DNA from: Mizuhopecten yessoensis
Taxonomy: Eukaryota
Reading direction: 5' to 3'
Length of the DNA stretch: 64,000 nucleotides
Assembly: GCF_002113885.1 (NCBI RefSeq)
Contig: NW_018405987.1
Coordinates: 126,756-190,755, forward strand
Every line of letters starts with the position of its first letter. Position 1 is the stretch's first letter. The notes under the pieces were generated by a model. It saw nothing but the letters and a program-made list of their open reading frames with translations. It made no database searches and was not told the DNA's origin. This document shows, one piece after another, positions 12,651 through 25,304 of this stretch. The translations under genes were made by a program, and so were the position numbers.

Positions 12651-14430
12651 TTTGTTTTACTTGTCCCTGCGATTCTATTCATGATTTATTATAGTAAATA
12701 ATAATTGTATTAGTTTGTAACTTTAACCATTTCCTGTCCAATATTACTGTACATACAATATGATTTTACGAAGCGCTGCATTAGATGTATGTTGAGTCTA
12801 ATTAAAAAAACCATTAAAATTATTTAGTTATGTGTTTATTTTATATCAAGAATTTATATTATCAGTCATGTGTATGAAAATTTTATAACAGCCACGCTTT
12901 GATAATGCATATAATACTTACGGCGCTATAATTAGCAACATGTTAAATTGACACGTGTTCATATTTTAAAACTTACAATAGAAACATGTTCACAAAACTG
13001 TTGATAACAATTTCTTTACAAACAAGACTTATATAAGCAACCTATTTTTAAATAATTTATATTAAGTCTCTTCCCCGTAACAACCATCCAACTTCAGACC
13101 TTCCATCTAACGGCGCATGTTTTAGTAGTAAATCGGTATAGAAACACCTTCCATCATTTTGGTAACTATGGAACTTGATGAGTGGTGCCCTTTGACTTCC
13201 TGTTCCTCCTTTCAGGATATTCCTACGCGATGTACTAGTGTACCATCGAATGTCTAGTTTTAAGCGACTAGTTTAAAGAACATTCAAAGATGATTAACAT
13301 CGATCAGTATCAAAATGTTTAGTACAGAACTGTCACCATAGCTGTGATTTACTTTGCATATTAAATAGCAAATTTATCACCTCAAGCAAATTCCTACGCA
13401 GCTGAATCCTTGACAACATCATTCGAATTGTGATCGAGATAAAGAAGTTCTACAACTAGGAACCATTATTTATCATGGTTATCTTTTATCTTGTTGGTTA
13501 ATTTAATTGTTTGAAATGACAAAAATTCACACAGGCTGGCTTTCTCTTTACATTAGAAAATGATGTTACTCGTTTGAAACATTTGAAACATATAACAAAC
13601 AACAGTCCGTCGCTTTGTAACTCCTATTTCTGTCGTAGTAAGTCCGATAAGTGACACAACAATTAACTTCTGAAAACTGTTTGGAGAATTGTTTTGGTAC
13701 GTTATTCTTTCTCTGAAGTTTGAAAGATAATGTTAATTTTGCCACATGTTAATGATTCCTTTCACTCTTCCGGAACAAGAGGTAGAAATTAAGCAGTAAA
13801 GGGCCCGTTTGTTACTACTATAATGGACGGATACACAAATGTTAAAAACACCTCTTCCTGCCTTCATCTTTCCACTGTGTATATGTGTATACTTATAAAT
13901 AATTGATGTTGCCATCTTATGTTTCATTTTAATATTTTAATGTAAAAACAATGTGCATTTAGGGAAAACACTTTTTTTTTCGATTTGTGATTAAAATGGT
14001 TAAACTTAACTAAAAAATTCTAACAGCGAATTTAAATGTGGCTGATATTTTCATATCATTAGCATAATGAACATCTTCATTATTGGTTTAATTACGTAAA
14101 AGAACGTAGTTAATTTACAAAAGGAATATTTCGCGGAAGGATTATTGTAAACAACTCCATTCAAAGCCTTTTGTGATTCAGTCACGTATCATTACGCGCA
14201 CGTGAGTAAGTAATCGTGATAATGGACCCAAAACAATGTTAAAGTTAATTTTAGTTTAAGCTGTATATGAATAATGTACTAAGTATATAATTTAATGCTG
14301 TCAACTGTTTCAACTAATCAACAGATCTAACGACATTCATAAGACAGAGATCATGCCATTTTCTTCACGACCATCTTAGAATTGTGTGACCCCTATAGAG
14401 GGCATTGTTGATTGTTTGTATGTGATGTGT

Positions 14431-15134
14431 ACGTGCACGAAAATGGGATATATACATGGTTTAGATATGTTTCCCAAATAAAAAAAGAATAATAATATTA
14501 ACTATGACTTTCATCACGACCCATTCTTTGCAAAAAAAAGAAAAGGAAAAGGAAACTATTGTTTAAAAAGTCGATACATGTTAAATTTTAATCTTACTTT
14601 TTTGAAAAAATGCATAGTTTGGACGAAAATAGTAAGTAATTTCTATACAGTAAAATTAAAAAAAGTATGCAGAGGAACACTACCTATCGTTACCCAACTT
14701 TGAATATAGAAAAAATTGATGGCAAAGCTGAGACTAAGCAACCACAATTTAGAAATTGAGGCTGGTAGATCTAAAAAGATTCCTCGACAATCCCGACTAT
14801 GTTCATTCTGCAATATTGTCGAAGATGAAGTACATTTTATATTTAAATGTAAAATAAATTTAAATATCAGGATTACGTTTCTCCAAAAAAATAAAATTAA
14901 CCCATCATTGCCTTTTCTACAAAATTTAATATTATTATTGTCATCTAATGATCCACAGCTTTTGCAGGAAACAAGCCTCTTTATTAAAAAGTCATTTGAA
15001 CTGAGGAAGGCAGGCTTACAGAATGCATAAGTATGTAGTTTTTACTGTCCATTATATAGTATCAATGTTTGTTGGATGTTTGCAGCTCGATTCTTGTAAA
15101 TTGGATGTAAAATGCAATAAAGTTGATTGATTGG
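14431..15134 (+). mobile_element. 5'-truncated non-LTR retrotransposon (ORF2 C-terminal CCHC zinc-knuckle region; RTEX-like, clade not certain)
   Basis: ORF 14716-15030 reads KLRLSNHNLEIEAGR...RLCSFCNIVEDEVHFIFKC, and a disrupted upstream continuation (SK*FLYSKIKK...EHYLS) is visible. It has AATAAA plus a (TTGA)n tail at 15116-15133 and a 15-bp TSD TTGTATGTGATGTGT at 14416-14430 and 15135-15149. Confidence 0.88.
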
Positions 15135-15661
15135 TTGTATGTGATGTGTCTATATAAGTTGTGTTATTGTCACGGTTGCTGTCACCTACTTGTACATGAA
15201 GTCCATGTTCTTTTTGAAAAAAAGAAATTGCTCTGAAATGTGTCCGTACTGTCTGCTTTCAACAAGATTTAATACATAAACACATATTCGATGATCCCAC
15301 GACATTTTAAATGTTCAAATTGGATGCAGATGTTTCAGTTTCGTTATGTAGATTATATCTCGCGTCCCAGCCCCCGCTCCGCCCACCCAAGTCTGCGGAA
15401 AAGAAGTCAACATCTCCGGGGACACTCTGAAACCGAAGTGACAATATTTAATGAACCATGAATGGGAGATAAACATCGTATTGACAAAACGATGATTACT
15501 TCAAACAGATATTGACCATAAACTACAAATTAATAACAGTCGACGTTTGTCCTGGGGACAAGTGTGAATAATATATTGAACTGTCATCAATGTTTNNNTC
15601 GTTATGGGTAGGAATTAGATGAAAGTGACAGTTTCCACCCATTTTCAGCCTTTCCCTGTCG

Positions 15662-15760
15662 GATACAGTGGCCTGTTGTACACAATGGCCTGATACAGTG
15701 GCCTGTTGTACACAATGGCCTGATACAGTGGCCTGTTGTACACAATGGCCTGATACAGTG
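15662..15760. repeat. 30-bp tandem repeat, 3.3 copies
   Basis: GATACAGTGGCCTGTTGTACACAATGGCCT in exact copies. Confidence 0.92.
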
Positions 15761-16050
15761 ACCTAGTTACCAGTACATGTACGCGTGTACCTGATAACCT
15801 CTAACAGATCCAGGCCAGTCGACATTGATGGAACACAAAGATCAGTCACCTTTGAATGTTATATCACACCGACATCGTTTAAACTAAAATAACAATACTT
15901 TTAATTAAAAATATCAAATAACATTGTAATTATCATTGTAATCTTTTGAATTATGCACACTTTTTGTTGGCTATCTAGAGTTCATTGAATATAATGATGT
16001 GGTTATGTTGTTTGAAGAAGAAAGTAACACGAGCTGATTTCCGTTTACAG

Positions 16051-16158
16051 CTGAAGCCAGATGAGATGATGAAGCTGGAAAAAAGGCGGGAACAAAATCG
16101 GAGGGCGGCGAGAAAGTTCCGGATGAAGAAACATAAAACAACAAAGACACTACAGCAG
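16051..16158 (+). CDS. ATF3: ATF3-like bZIP, coding exon 2 (basic region, 36 codons)
   Basis: Acceptor TTTCCGTTTACAG at 16050. LKPDEMMKLEKRREQNRRAARKFRMKKHKTTKTLQQ carries the bZIP N-x2-AA-x3-R signature. Donor CAG|GTACAG, phase 0. Confidence 0.93.
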
Positions 16159-16455
16159 GTACAGTAATGTTTTTTTTAATAAGTACGGTAATGTTCCCAT
16201 TAGGTGTACGGTACTGTTTTCTGAAGGGTACGGTACGGTAATCTTCTCGCTGGAAGATTACGATAAAGTTATGATTACAGGGGATACATCTTGGTTAAGT
16301 TTTGTAAGACTTAAATGTCGTTTTTAACTTTTGATACACTAGGCGTGTTGACACAAATGTTGACATTGACAACTTTGGACAGTTTCCTGTCCTTAAAACT
16401 CCGAAAGAAAGTAGACAGTTGTCGACTCTTCTAAATCGTATATGTTTCTCTGCAG

Positions 16456-16710
16456 GAGTCGGATGTCTTGGAAAGCAAGAACAACGATCTTCAAGACGAC
16501 ATCCAGACACTACTAAAACAGAAGTTTCACCTCCAGAACCTGCTGTCGGAACACGAGGGCAGATGTCGACTAACGCCCGTCTCGGAGCGACTTTCACCCG
16601 TATCGGAGAGACACACACCTATCTCGGAGCAGGATTTGTCTCCCATGGATGACTACCGTATTTGTCCGATCGCGTTACCTCCCCAAAACTTTAACATGGA
16701 GTTACCGTAA
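16456..16710 (+). CDS. ATF3: ATF3-like bZIP, coding exon 3 (leucine zipper and C-terminus, 84 codons plus TAA)
   Basis: Acceptor TTTCTCTGCAG at 16455. ESDVLESKNNDLQDDIQTLLKQKFHLQNLLSEHEGRC aligns with ATF3 ESEKLESVNAELKAQIEELKNEKQHLIYMLNLHRPTC (heptad leucines, terminal H-x3-C). Stop at 16708-16710. Confidence 0.93.
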   Translation, partial: ESDVLESKNNDLQDDIQTLLKQKFHLQNLLSEHEGRCRLTPVSERLSPVSERHTPISEQDLSPMDDYRICPIALPPQNFNMELP

Positions 16711-18404
16711 AGGTTCTGTTGTCAAAGGACTGGCACATCATTACATTGCATAGAGTCATCGGTAAGCATTGTCGGCATTCTGTCATCAGTACCGTAATCA
16801 ACTTAAGAAACGTCACATAAAAGATGATAACATAGTAACCTTCCTATTGCTGGTCAATTTGTTGTGATAGATGATTCTTTATGAGACCAATAGTTTAACT
16901 GTTATATCTACGAGAAGAAATGATCATTTTAATTACACTCTATTTACGACAATGCGAGTTCAGGAACTCCCGGCGACCTGTCTTCATTTTCATTCATATT
17001 CATCTATAGGCATGCGTCAGATGACAAAACACGTCCTTTCATTCCATATATGGACGAGTACAGTCTGAACGATAACGCATGCCCAGTCAACAGACAAAAT
17101 GAAAACATCAAAAATGATCTCATCCGATATTTTTGGAATGCCGAATTTTTATATTTAAACGGTTTGTATAATCCTGGTGGATTTTCCACGTTGCACTTTT
17201 TAAGATTGATGATTTTTTTTGTTCCCTTTTTGAGAAATTCGCACAATTATTTTTATTTCTATTTTGAGGAACTGTATTGATGCTGTGTAATAACTTACAT
17301 ATTGAATATAATATTTGTCACGTGTTTCCGCTTTTGTGGTCAAAGTGAATTGTGGGTATAGTGATAGGTATTGTGGGAATAATGACGTATTGTCCGTCAG
17401 TGCCAGCCTGAACAACTATTACTAACAATGAGACCCATTAAGTGTTTTCCATTATACTAATCAAAATACAATAATCATTGAGAAACATCATCCCCCATTA
17501 CCATAACAATACGTTGACTCCAGCTTGAATTGGAATGTATCGAAAAATGAATTCTCAGGATTTCTTTCTTATTACTTTAACCTGTTAGTTTCAGTTTGAA
17601 ATTGCTTTGTCTTTTTTTCTTAAAAGATACCAATTGAAGATAAAATATTGGCTATTCAAACGCCGGTCGTTTGGTGAGGTGTAATTGGGGATTGGAGGCT
17701 AATGCTGGTGGTGCGGGGTGTCTCGTGAATTCCATTACAACGTTTCGCGCAGTTTGGCTGTCTCTTCTGATTGAATAATCTAATTGGAGATTGCCTGTAA
17801 TGACATTGTAATTAGACACTGTTTTATGGTCCTCATCAATAACACACAATGCCTTCATGGACTTTTTCGATTGGATAAAATGCAAATGTCAAGTTAGAAA
17901 TAACAGAGAACGGATTTTCTCCGATAATGAAAATAGTCCCAGTAAATTGAAAAGAAAAATCAAAATGTTTACGTACATGCATTGTTTGTGTCACAGATGA
18001 TAATTATAACACAACAAATTATTACAAACAAATACGTCATTCTATTGTTGGTGTGTGACTCATCCCTGTTTTTACGGTAATTTGAATACCATTTCATACA
18101 ACCAGAAACACATCAAATTTTTATAAGAATATATATTGCATTATAAATACTAATGAATAAACACTAACACTAGCTCAACCTTATCTTACCACCGACACCT
18201 GACAAAACACCACCTATAACACATATCAGAATGGGCTCTGTGTCCATTTAATTGATCAGAACCAATTGTACACGTGCTTGAATAGCTTTTTTGAATTCCG
18301 ATGTCGCGGTACGAGTCATTATGATTAGCTACGATACTTGGTTTGTTAGAGACATAAACTGACTCTGTGAAAGGTCATGTCCAGCTTTGTGACCGCTGGC
18401 TGTC

Positions 18405-18965
18405 TTCTATACCGGTATTGACCGGATATCTATACAAGTCGTGACCGGTTATTTGACTGGATATCTATACCGGTTGTGAGACTGGATATCTATTCACGAC
18501 GTGTCCGGTTATTTGTCCGGATATCTTTCCGGTTTTGTGCTTGGATATATATACGCGACGTGTCCGGTTATTTGACTAGATATCTATACCGGTTGTGTGA
18601 CTGAATATCTATACAAGTCGTGACCGGTTGTGTGACTGGATATCTATTCACGACGTGTTCGGTTATTTGACTGGATATCTATACCGGTTGTGTGACTGGA
18701 TATCTATTCACGACGTGTCCGGTTATTTGACTGGATATCTATACCGGTTATTTGACTGGATATCTCAACCGGTTTTGTGCTNGGATATCTATACATGTCG
18801 TGACCGGTTGTGTGACTGGATATCTATACCGGTTGTGTGACTGGATATCTATACATGTCGTGACCGGTTGTGTGACTGGATATCTATACATGTCGTGACC
18901 GGTTGTGTGACTGGATATCTATACCGTTCGTGCCTGGTTGTGCAACGGGGTAACTGTACCAGTTT
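18405..18965. repeat. Composite minisatellite with 25-bp and 35-bp units
   Basis: ACCGGTTGTGTGACTGGATATCTAT, with or without a 10-bp addition (ACATGTCGTG / ACAAGTCGTG). Confidence 0.9.
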
Positions 18966-19079
18966 TTAGACGGGATATCTTTGCTGAACGTGCCTGGTTC
19001 TGTGACAAGATATCTGTTAACCTAGAAAGCAATCGTAGTCTCCTTACTGTCTTGGAGTAGGTGTATGATGATATCCATA

Positions 19080-19505
19080 GATATGAAGTGTACACTGGGG
19101 CGCTATACTCTTAACATGTAGGAAGTGAGTACACTGGGGGTCTATACCTGTAGGAAGTGAGTACAATAGGGCTCTTAACATGTAGGACGTGAGTACAATG
19201 GGGGTCTATACCTGTGTTATGTGAGTACAATAGGGCTCTTAACCTGTAGGAAGTGAGCACAACGAGGGTCTATACCTGTAGAAAGTGAGTACAATGGGGT
19301 CTATACCTGTATGAAGTGAGTACAATAGGGCTCTTAATCTGTAGGAAGTGAGTACAACGGGGGTCTATACCTGTAGGAAGTGAGTACAACGAGGGTCTAT
19401 ACCTGTAGGAAGTGAGTAAAATGGGGCTCTTTACCTGTATGAGATGAGTACAGTGAAGCCCCATTCTTGCAGGAAGCGAGTACAATGGGGGGATTTAAAC
19501 ATGTA
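19080..19505. repeat. ~32-bp minisatellite
   Basis: CCTGTAGGAAGTGAGTACAA followed by largely alternating GGGGTCTATA or AGGGCTCTTAA endings; about 12 copies. Confidence 0.9.
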
Positions 19506-20584
19506 AGAAATAAGGTTATTGGGTGCTATTTTGCTGTTTGCTTTCTTGGTGTTAGTTTGTTATATACCCATTGAAATGGGTTGCAATTTCAGAGATCAAG
19601 AAAGATTTGTGAGGAATGTTTAATTCCACACTTGACGAATGCTGATACTGCGGTAGATAATGTTGGTAGAATCCTACCCGTTGTGTAGTGTACTAGTCAG
19701 TTAAGGTAGGGCTTGATACCGGAAGTAGTACCGATACGTCATCACGTGACAATCTCAGTTGACATAGTGCTTCAAACCTTCCTTGTGTTTTGGTTATTTG
19801 GCTTTCACGTTAGTTCTATGTCCTGTTGTTGAGATTGTTGAGTGCGCTCAATCCCTCTGTCTAACGAACCGATTATTGTCGCCTTCAAGTGGCAGTAAAA
19901 TCACATCGGTATTGTCGTCTGTTTGCCGATGACATATCAGTGAAGATCGGCACGTAGTTTACGCATGCGTGACTTATTTTCGAATGGTTTTTTTCCTTTT
20001 CTGACAAACATGAGGGAATCACTTTCGAAAGGATACATGTGATTGTCCCACACTACCCTGTCTTTAAGGTATACTTAAGACCTGTAGCTATGTGGTAACT
20101 ACTTCCGGTTCCAGGTGTAATGCTAGGCAATTTATACCGGGACAGCGTCAGTTCTATTTGTCGTGAGCGATTTCCTGATTGGCTACCTCGGTTATTATGA
20201 ATGTTCATTAATGAGTTTATGTAGATCTGTTGTCAGAACGTATCTGTTAATCGCATTGAGGAATTGTCAAATATTGTCATTCATTGCTTTGTTTTTCTCC
20301 AATATATTATTGGATAAAAATGTAGACGACAGTGCTTAGTTTGTGTATCACCTCCCCATTTACAGTACAGTTGAAATCACTTTTGAGGCGGCGTGCTTTA
20401 TTCGTATTCCTCGTAAAAACTTCAAATTATACGCTCATTTTCAGGATATCCAGTTTTTTCCTTTCTTTTATGTTGTGATCTGTACCCTTTTCAACGAATT
20501 TAAAATGTTTTGATTTTATTCCTCACGAAAAGGTTTTAACAAAAAACTTTGGATTGCTTTGAAGAATGATCTCGTTTGTCAGCT

Positions 20585-20643
20585 AATGTCGGATAGTGTC
20601 GGATGGTGTCGGGTAATGTCGGATGGTGTCGGGTAATGTCGGT
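20585..20643. repeat. 10-bp tandem repeat
   Basis: TGTCGG(ATAG/ATGG/GTAA), about 6 copies. Confidence 0.8.
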
Positions 20644-21132
20644 TGATATCGTTATTCTCACATGGAATATTCGTGTCATTAGCATATCCGTTGTTCCACA
20701 GTAACTGTACTCGTCTACGCGTGTATTTGTTATGTACGTGTATATATATAATGATACGTGCAGCTGTTCCCCCTGATTACAATTATAGTTTGAGAATTAT
20801 AACATTTGTTGTCCACACTTTAAATGATCTATCCTGAGATATATTTGTTCCTTTTGTTAAACATTCTATTGATTTTTGTCATTTTTTATGAAAAAAATCT
20901 CATGTTGATCTCAAATGTTAAATTGGCTGTTTGTTTCTCACGAATTTTATCATTGCATTTCTATCACTGTATTCCTAGGAATATATATATATATGTGTTA
21001 ATGTGTTTGTTAAACCGCCATGTTGTGAATGCTGTCAATGTTGATATATACATTCTTCATTGTAATCATTATTCGTGTATATCGTCAGTAAGTGTGTCAT
21101 TGTTTTACCACATTCTAACCTTCTGTAAGGTA

Positions 21133-21322
21133 TGTAGATTCCGACCGTGTGTTACGGTGTGTAGATTCCGACCGTCTGTTACGGTGTGTAGATTCCGACC
21201 GTCTGTTACGGCGTGTAGATTCTGACCGTCTGTTACGGTGTGTAGATTCTGACCGTCCGTCACGTTGTGTAGATTCTGACGGTTTGTTACGGTGTGTAAA
21301 TTCTGACCGTCCGTCACGGGTG
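21133..21322. repeat. 27-bp minisatellite, about 7 copies
   Basis: TGTAGATTCCGACCGTCTGTTACGGTG; produces the 9-aa periodic ORFs in the track. Confidence 0.92.
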
Positions 21323-24300
21323 AAGGTTTTGTTTCTCGTATTTCCTACGACAAAGTTTTCGTTGTTTTCCTCATTATTCCCATCAGACAATTGTACATAT
21401 CCCCACACAGCAGGCCACTCTCTTATCCCCTAATCCAAAGATACATACCACGCGGACAGTTCAGACAAGAACAACGTAATATTACACAGTCTATATTACG
21501 TACAGTTAGCATAATGGAAAATTCAAAATGTTTAATAAGTTATAAATATGTTACAAATGAGTATTATTCACCCGAAAAATTATACCTAAGCAACCTCTTT
21601 GTGAAACAGTTTGGTAGCCTCTAATATGGTGTTGCTCGTTTTCATTTGTTTCACTTGCTTATAATGGAGAAAAAAGTTATATTAACACCAAGTGAAAAGG
21701 CAATATTCAAGAACATTTGGCCTGCTGTGTTGGGATGATGTCAGCTCAAGACGGACAATACACTGTCATCCCTTATCACATAGTAAACATACAACAAACA
21801 TAGAACCCATTACAGTAGGCCATCCGTTAGAACCCTGATACTGGACTTTCAAACCTCACGTTCAGTAATACTTTTAGAATATCAAAATATATAACGGAGA
21901 ACCAAAGTTGGGTTGGAATCTCCTAGGAGTTTATTTGTCCAGTTGCCGTGTTGTACTGTCGTGTCCTGTTAGCAGGGTGACTAGAGATTTGTTCATACCT
22001 GTACGTGTCTGTCACCTGTATTATATATCTCTGATATTTTGAGTAAGTAAGTGTTTTTTTCTCAAGAATTCACCTTCCCTATATTTTCTAAACATCATAT
22101 CTTTGTCTGTCCTGTTTCAACATCCTTCTCACTGCATCAAATGCAATAGTCTCACTTCTTATTCCATACCCCTCCCTAGTCCACGTACCATTTAGTCCCT
22201 GCTGTTTGTACGAACATTGAAGTCACACGGTCACAACTCTCTCAAACTATCTGTAAAGCTATAGAAGGTCTACGAAGATAGGTCTGGAGCCGGGTGTAGC
22301 TGGCTGGTCTGTTTAACATAACACATTTCAACAAAAGCAAAGAAGAAAGACATTGACATCTCGTCAAACTTGCTTAATTCCTTAGTAACAAATCAAAATA
22401 GCTCTGGAGCCAGAGTTGTCAATTTTCCATTGTTTTTATAAGTTGAAAATGTGGGTTTCAATCCCGAATCCCGATTCTTCCTGGTAACGCAAAATTACGT
22501 AGAGAACAGCGCATCACTGTCCAAGCAATACGTCTGTTCAATGTTCGTACACCAGGGTTCATAACAACACTTCATAAGAGAGCGAGAACTACATCTTGTG
22601 TCATCAACATCCCTCTTATTGTGACGTCGTTCCATCATCTCGTAAATCTCCAAGATTTGAATAATATATTATTACGGAGAGAGTAATAAATACTTATTCC
22701 AAAAGTGCTTATATAACAATGGTATAATAGAATTCTTTCGTTTTTATATACACTTACATATATATATTGCAATGCGATGCCTTATGAATATGTATAGATC
22801 CATCCAGACTTAACATGAATATGCAAATCACTTATGAATATTTATAACTACGTATATACAACAAGTCCATTTCGAATTGTGTTTGTCTTATACGATTGTA
22901 ATTGTGTCTTCATGTTAAACTATAGGAACTGGCAGTTAGCATATACCACCAAAAGTGTTAAGATATGGAACTCAAATTACCGACTGTGTCACGAGTTGAA
23001 AGGACAATACTTTCAAAAGGGGTTTAGGTTTAAAATATTTTGATTTTAATGTATCGTGATTATATCAATCTTAATTAAACGCGTGAAAGTGAAGTCAACA
23101 TGTGTTGATCAGTACACTATCAAAGTTTATCCTGTCCATGTGTTTTTATCCTGACAGTACTTGTTCTGTAACGCCTAAGTACAAGCACTTGTCCAACGAA
23201 TTTTCTTTATCACAACTGATGTTGAAATGCAATAAACGTCCCGATAATGTCCAAACAAAACATATCCGTCATGTTGGATCATCTACCACATCACCAACGC
23301 CTGGTCAAGTGCAGGTTGCGCTCACATCTCAACCCATAAGGCTATACATAGAGTATGCGTTGTTTACTTAGGAAGACAATTTCTTTAATTCATATTTATA
23401 GATTTTTTTATTACAAAACTTCGCGGAATAAATCGCAATTTCCTATGCTTTTTATGAGCGATTTTCGACAAACATGATTTTTTTGTTCTTCTTTGACTTT
23501 TTCGGCAATTTGCTACAACATGAATGTTTTCCTTCGAATTCGTTTGCAATTTGCTACTACATGATTTGTTTTTCATTGTCATTGTCTGCAATTTGATATA
23601 TTGCGTCTTGTTTTCTAATGTCTTTGTTGGCAATTTAACATGACATAACTTATTTCCTTTCTCTTTGTCAGCCATTTGATATAACATGACTTGTTTTTGT
23701 TTGTGTTTGCGAAGATTTTTATATTACAGAATCTCCTTTATCATACTTTTGTATACTATGGAGTATGAGATAGGTCGACCATAACAGCCTTGTCATCGTC
23801 ATCTTGTCCACCTACACATTAACTCATCCATGACTGATTCTAAGTGTACCTTAAACATCTTAATGGCCAATGTTGACTTTACTAGAAATTTTATCACCTA
23901 TTTCTATAATATAAATTACTATATTATTATTAAGAAAAATTGTCATGATGATGCAAAGCTATACATTATTTCGTACGACTTTCCTTCCTCTCTACTGTAA
24001 AGGGTGTGTATTTTCTCTTAATACATGTATGTGTCGTTCGTCTGACTGATGGTAATTTTGAAAAGCAGGCCCAAACCATTTTCATGGTTCAAATTGAAGG
24101 GATATATTTGTCGAGACATTCATAGGAAATCATGTAAAAGGTAACATTTAAAACTTAACGCGATAATATTCACACGCGACTATTTATTTATACATTATAT
24201 AAATTAAAGGTAGAGAATATTCAAAGCATTGCCAACACGAAAATTTCCACATCGCAGACAGTTCAAAGAGTCGCAACGCGAAACATTTCCACTCTTTTGT

Positions 24301-25304
24301 AGAAAGTTAAATGAGTTTATTCGCGATATAAATCACCAATTTTCCGCAAACAATAATGTCCCATTTTACAAAAATGTCTGGGAGATCAGTGTTATGATGA
24401 ATAGGTTAACATAATGATCAATGTCTTGCATGGCGCTGAGAATTATGAAAATTTCCAGAGCAACACGTGATCAAAACTACTAACAGTCTGACGACATACT
24501 ATATATACACGTGTAATGTTTTTCTCAGAATTGGATGTTTTACAATAATCGTTGTATGTGTGTTAGTATTGAGACAAAGGCCGGTCTGGTGGCTACACAG
24601 CCGTACCGGTCGCCTGTAGACGTACGTACGCTCACGTGACTTTATCGTACCGTTCTCCCATAGTGGTTTTGTATTACGTAAATCTTGTCCACTTTCCACA
24701 TGTTGCTGATTCGAACGTAGGTGTTTGGCGAATCAAACATTCGTGTATCGCATTCAAAATTGGTATGATTAATGTTTTTGTTGTACATTATTAGGTTTCG
24801 TTGTGCAGTATACAACTGCAGAATAATAATTATATTCAATATATACAAGATAATATGTTCGAAACGATTACAGGTTAGTCATCCATGTTGCATACATCGT
24901 ACCTGATTGCACTTTTTAATATATTATTTGTGTTTTTCATATTGTCTCTATTCCTTTTGAGGAAAAGAGATGTTATAAAACGTGTTTTGTGTTAAAATAA
25001 TCAAAAGTGAAATAAGTACCATTCCTGATACACAAATCAGATTTTTTTTAAAATATGATAAGCGGAAGGTTTAAATGTCTACGTTCAAATGACCAACGTT
25101 TGATGTATTGAGATGAGGGTTATGTAATAAGCATGCTGTAAAAAGAGACATTCTGTTTTATGAAAATAAACTTTACTGAAAAATATTTCCTCTTTTTATT
25201 TTGTCAGTTTGTATGCGAAATTCCTCTTATCTTTCATATTTATCTCGTTCTCATACATTTATTATATGTAATTCAGAACAAAACGGAACATGCATCAAAT
25301 CTTC

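Noticed and set aside
14716-15030. 104-aa zinc-finger ORF as a host gene or alternative exon
   Set aside because: It is the 3' end of a LINE ORF2, with upstream stop and frameshifts, a microsatellite tail and a TSD.
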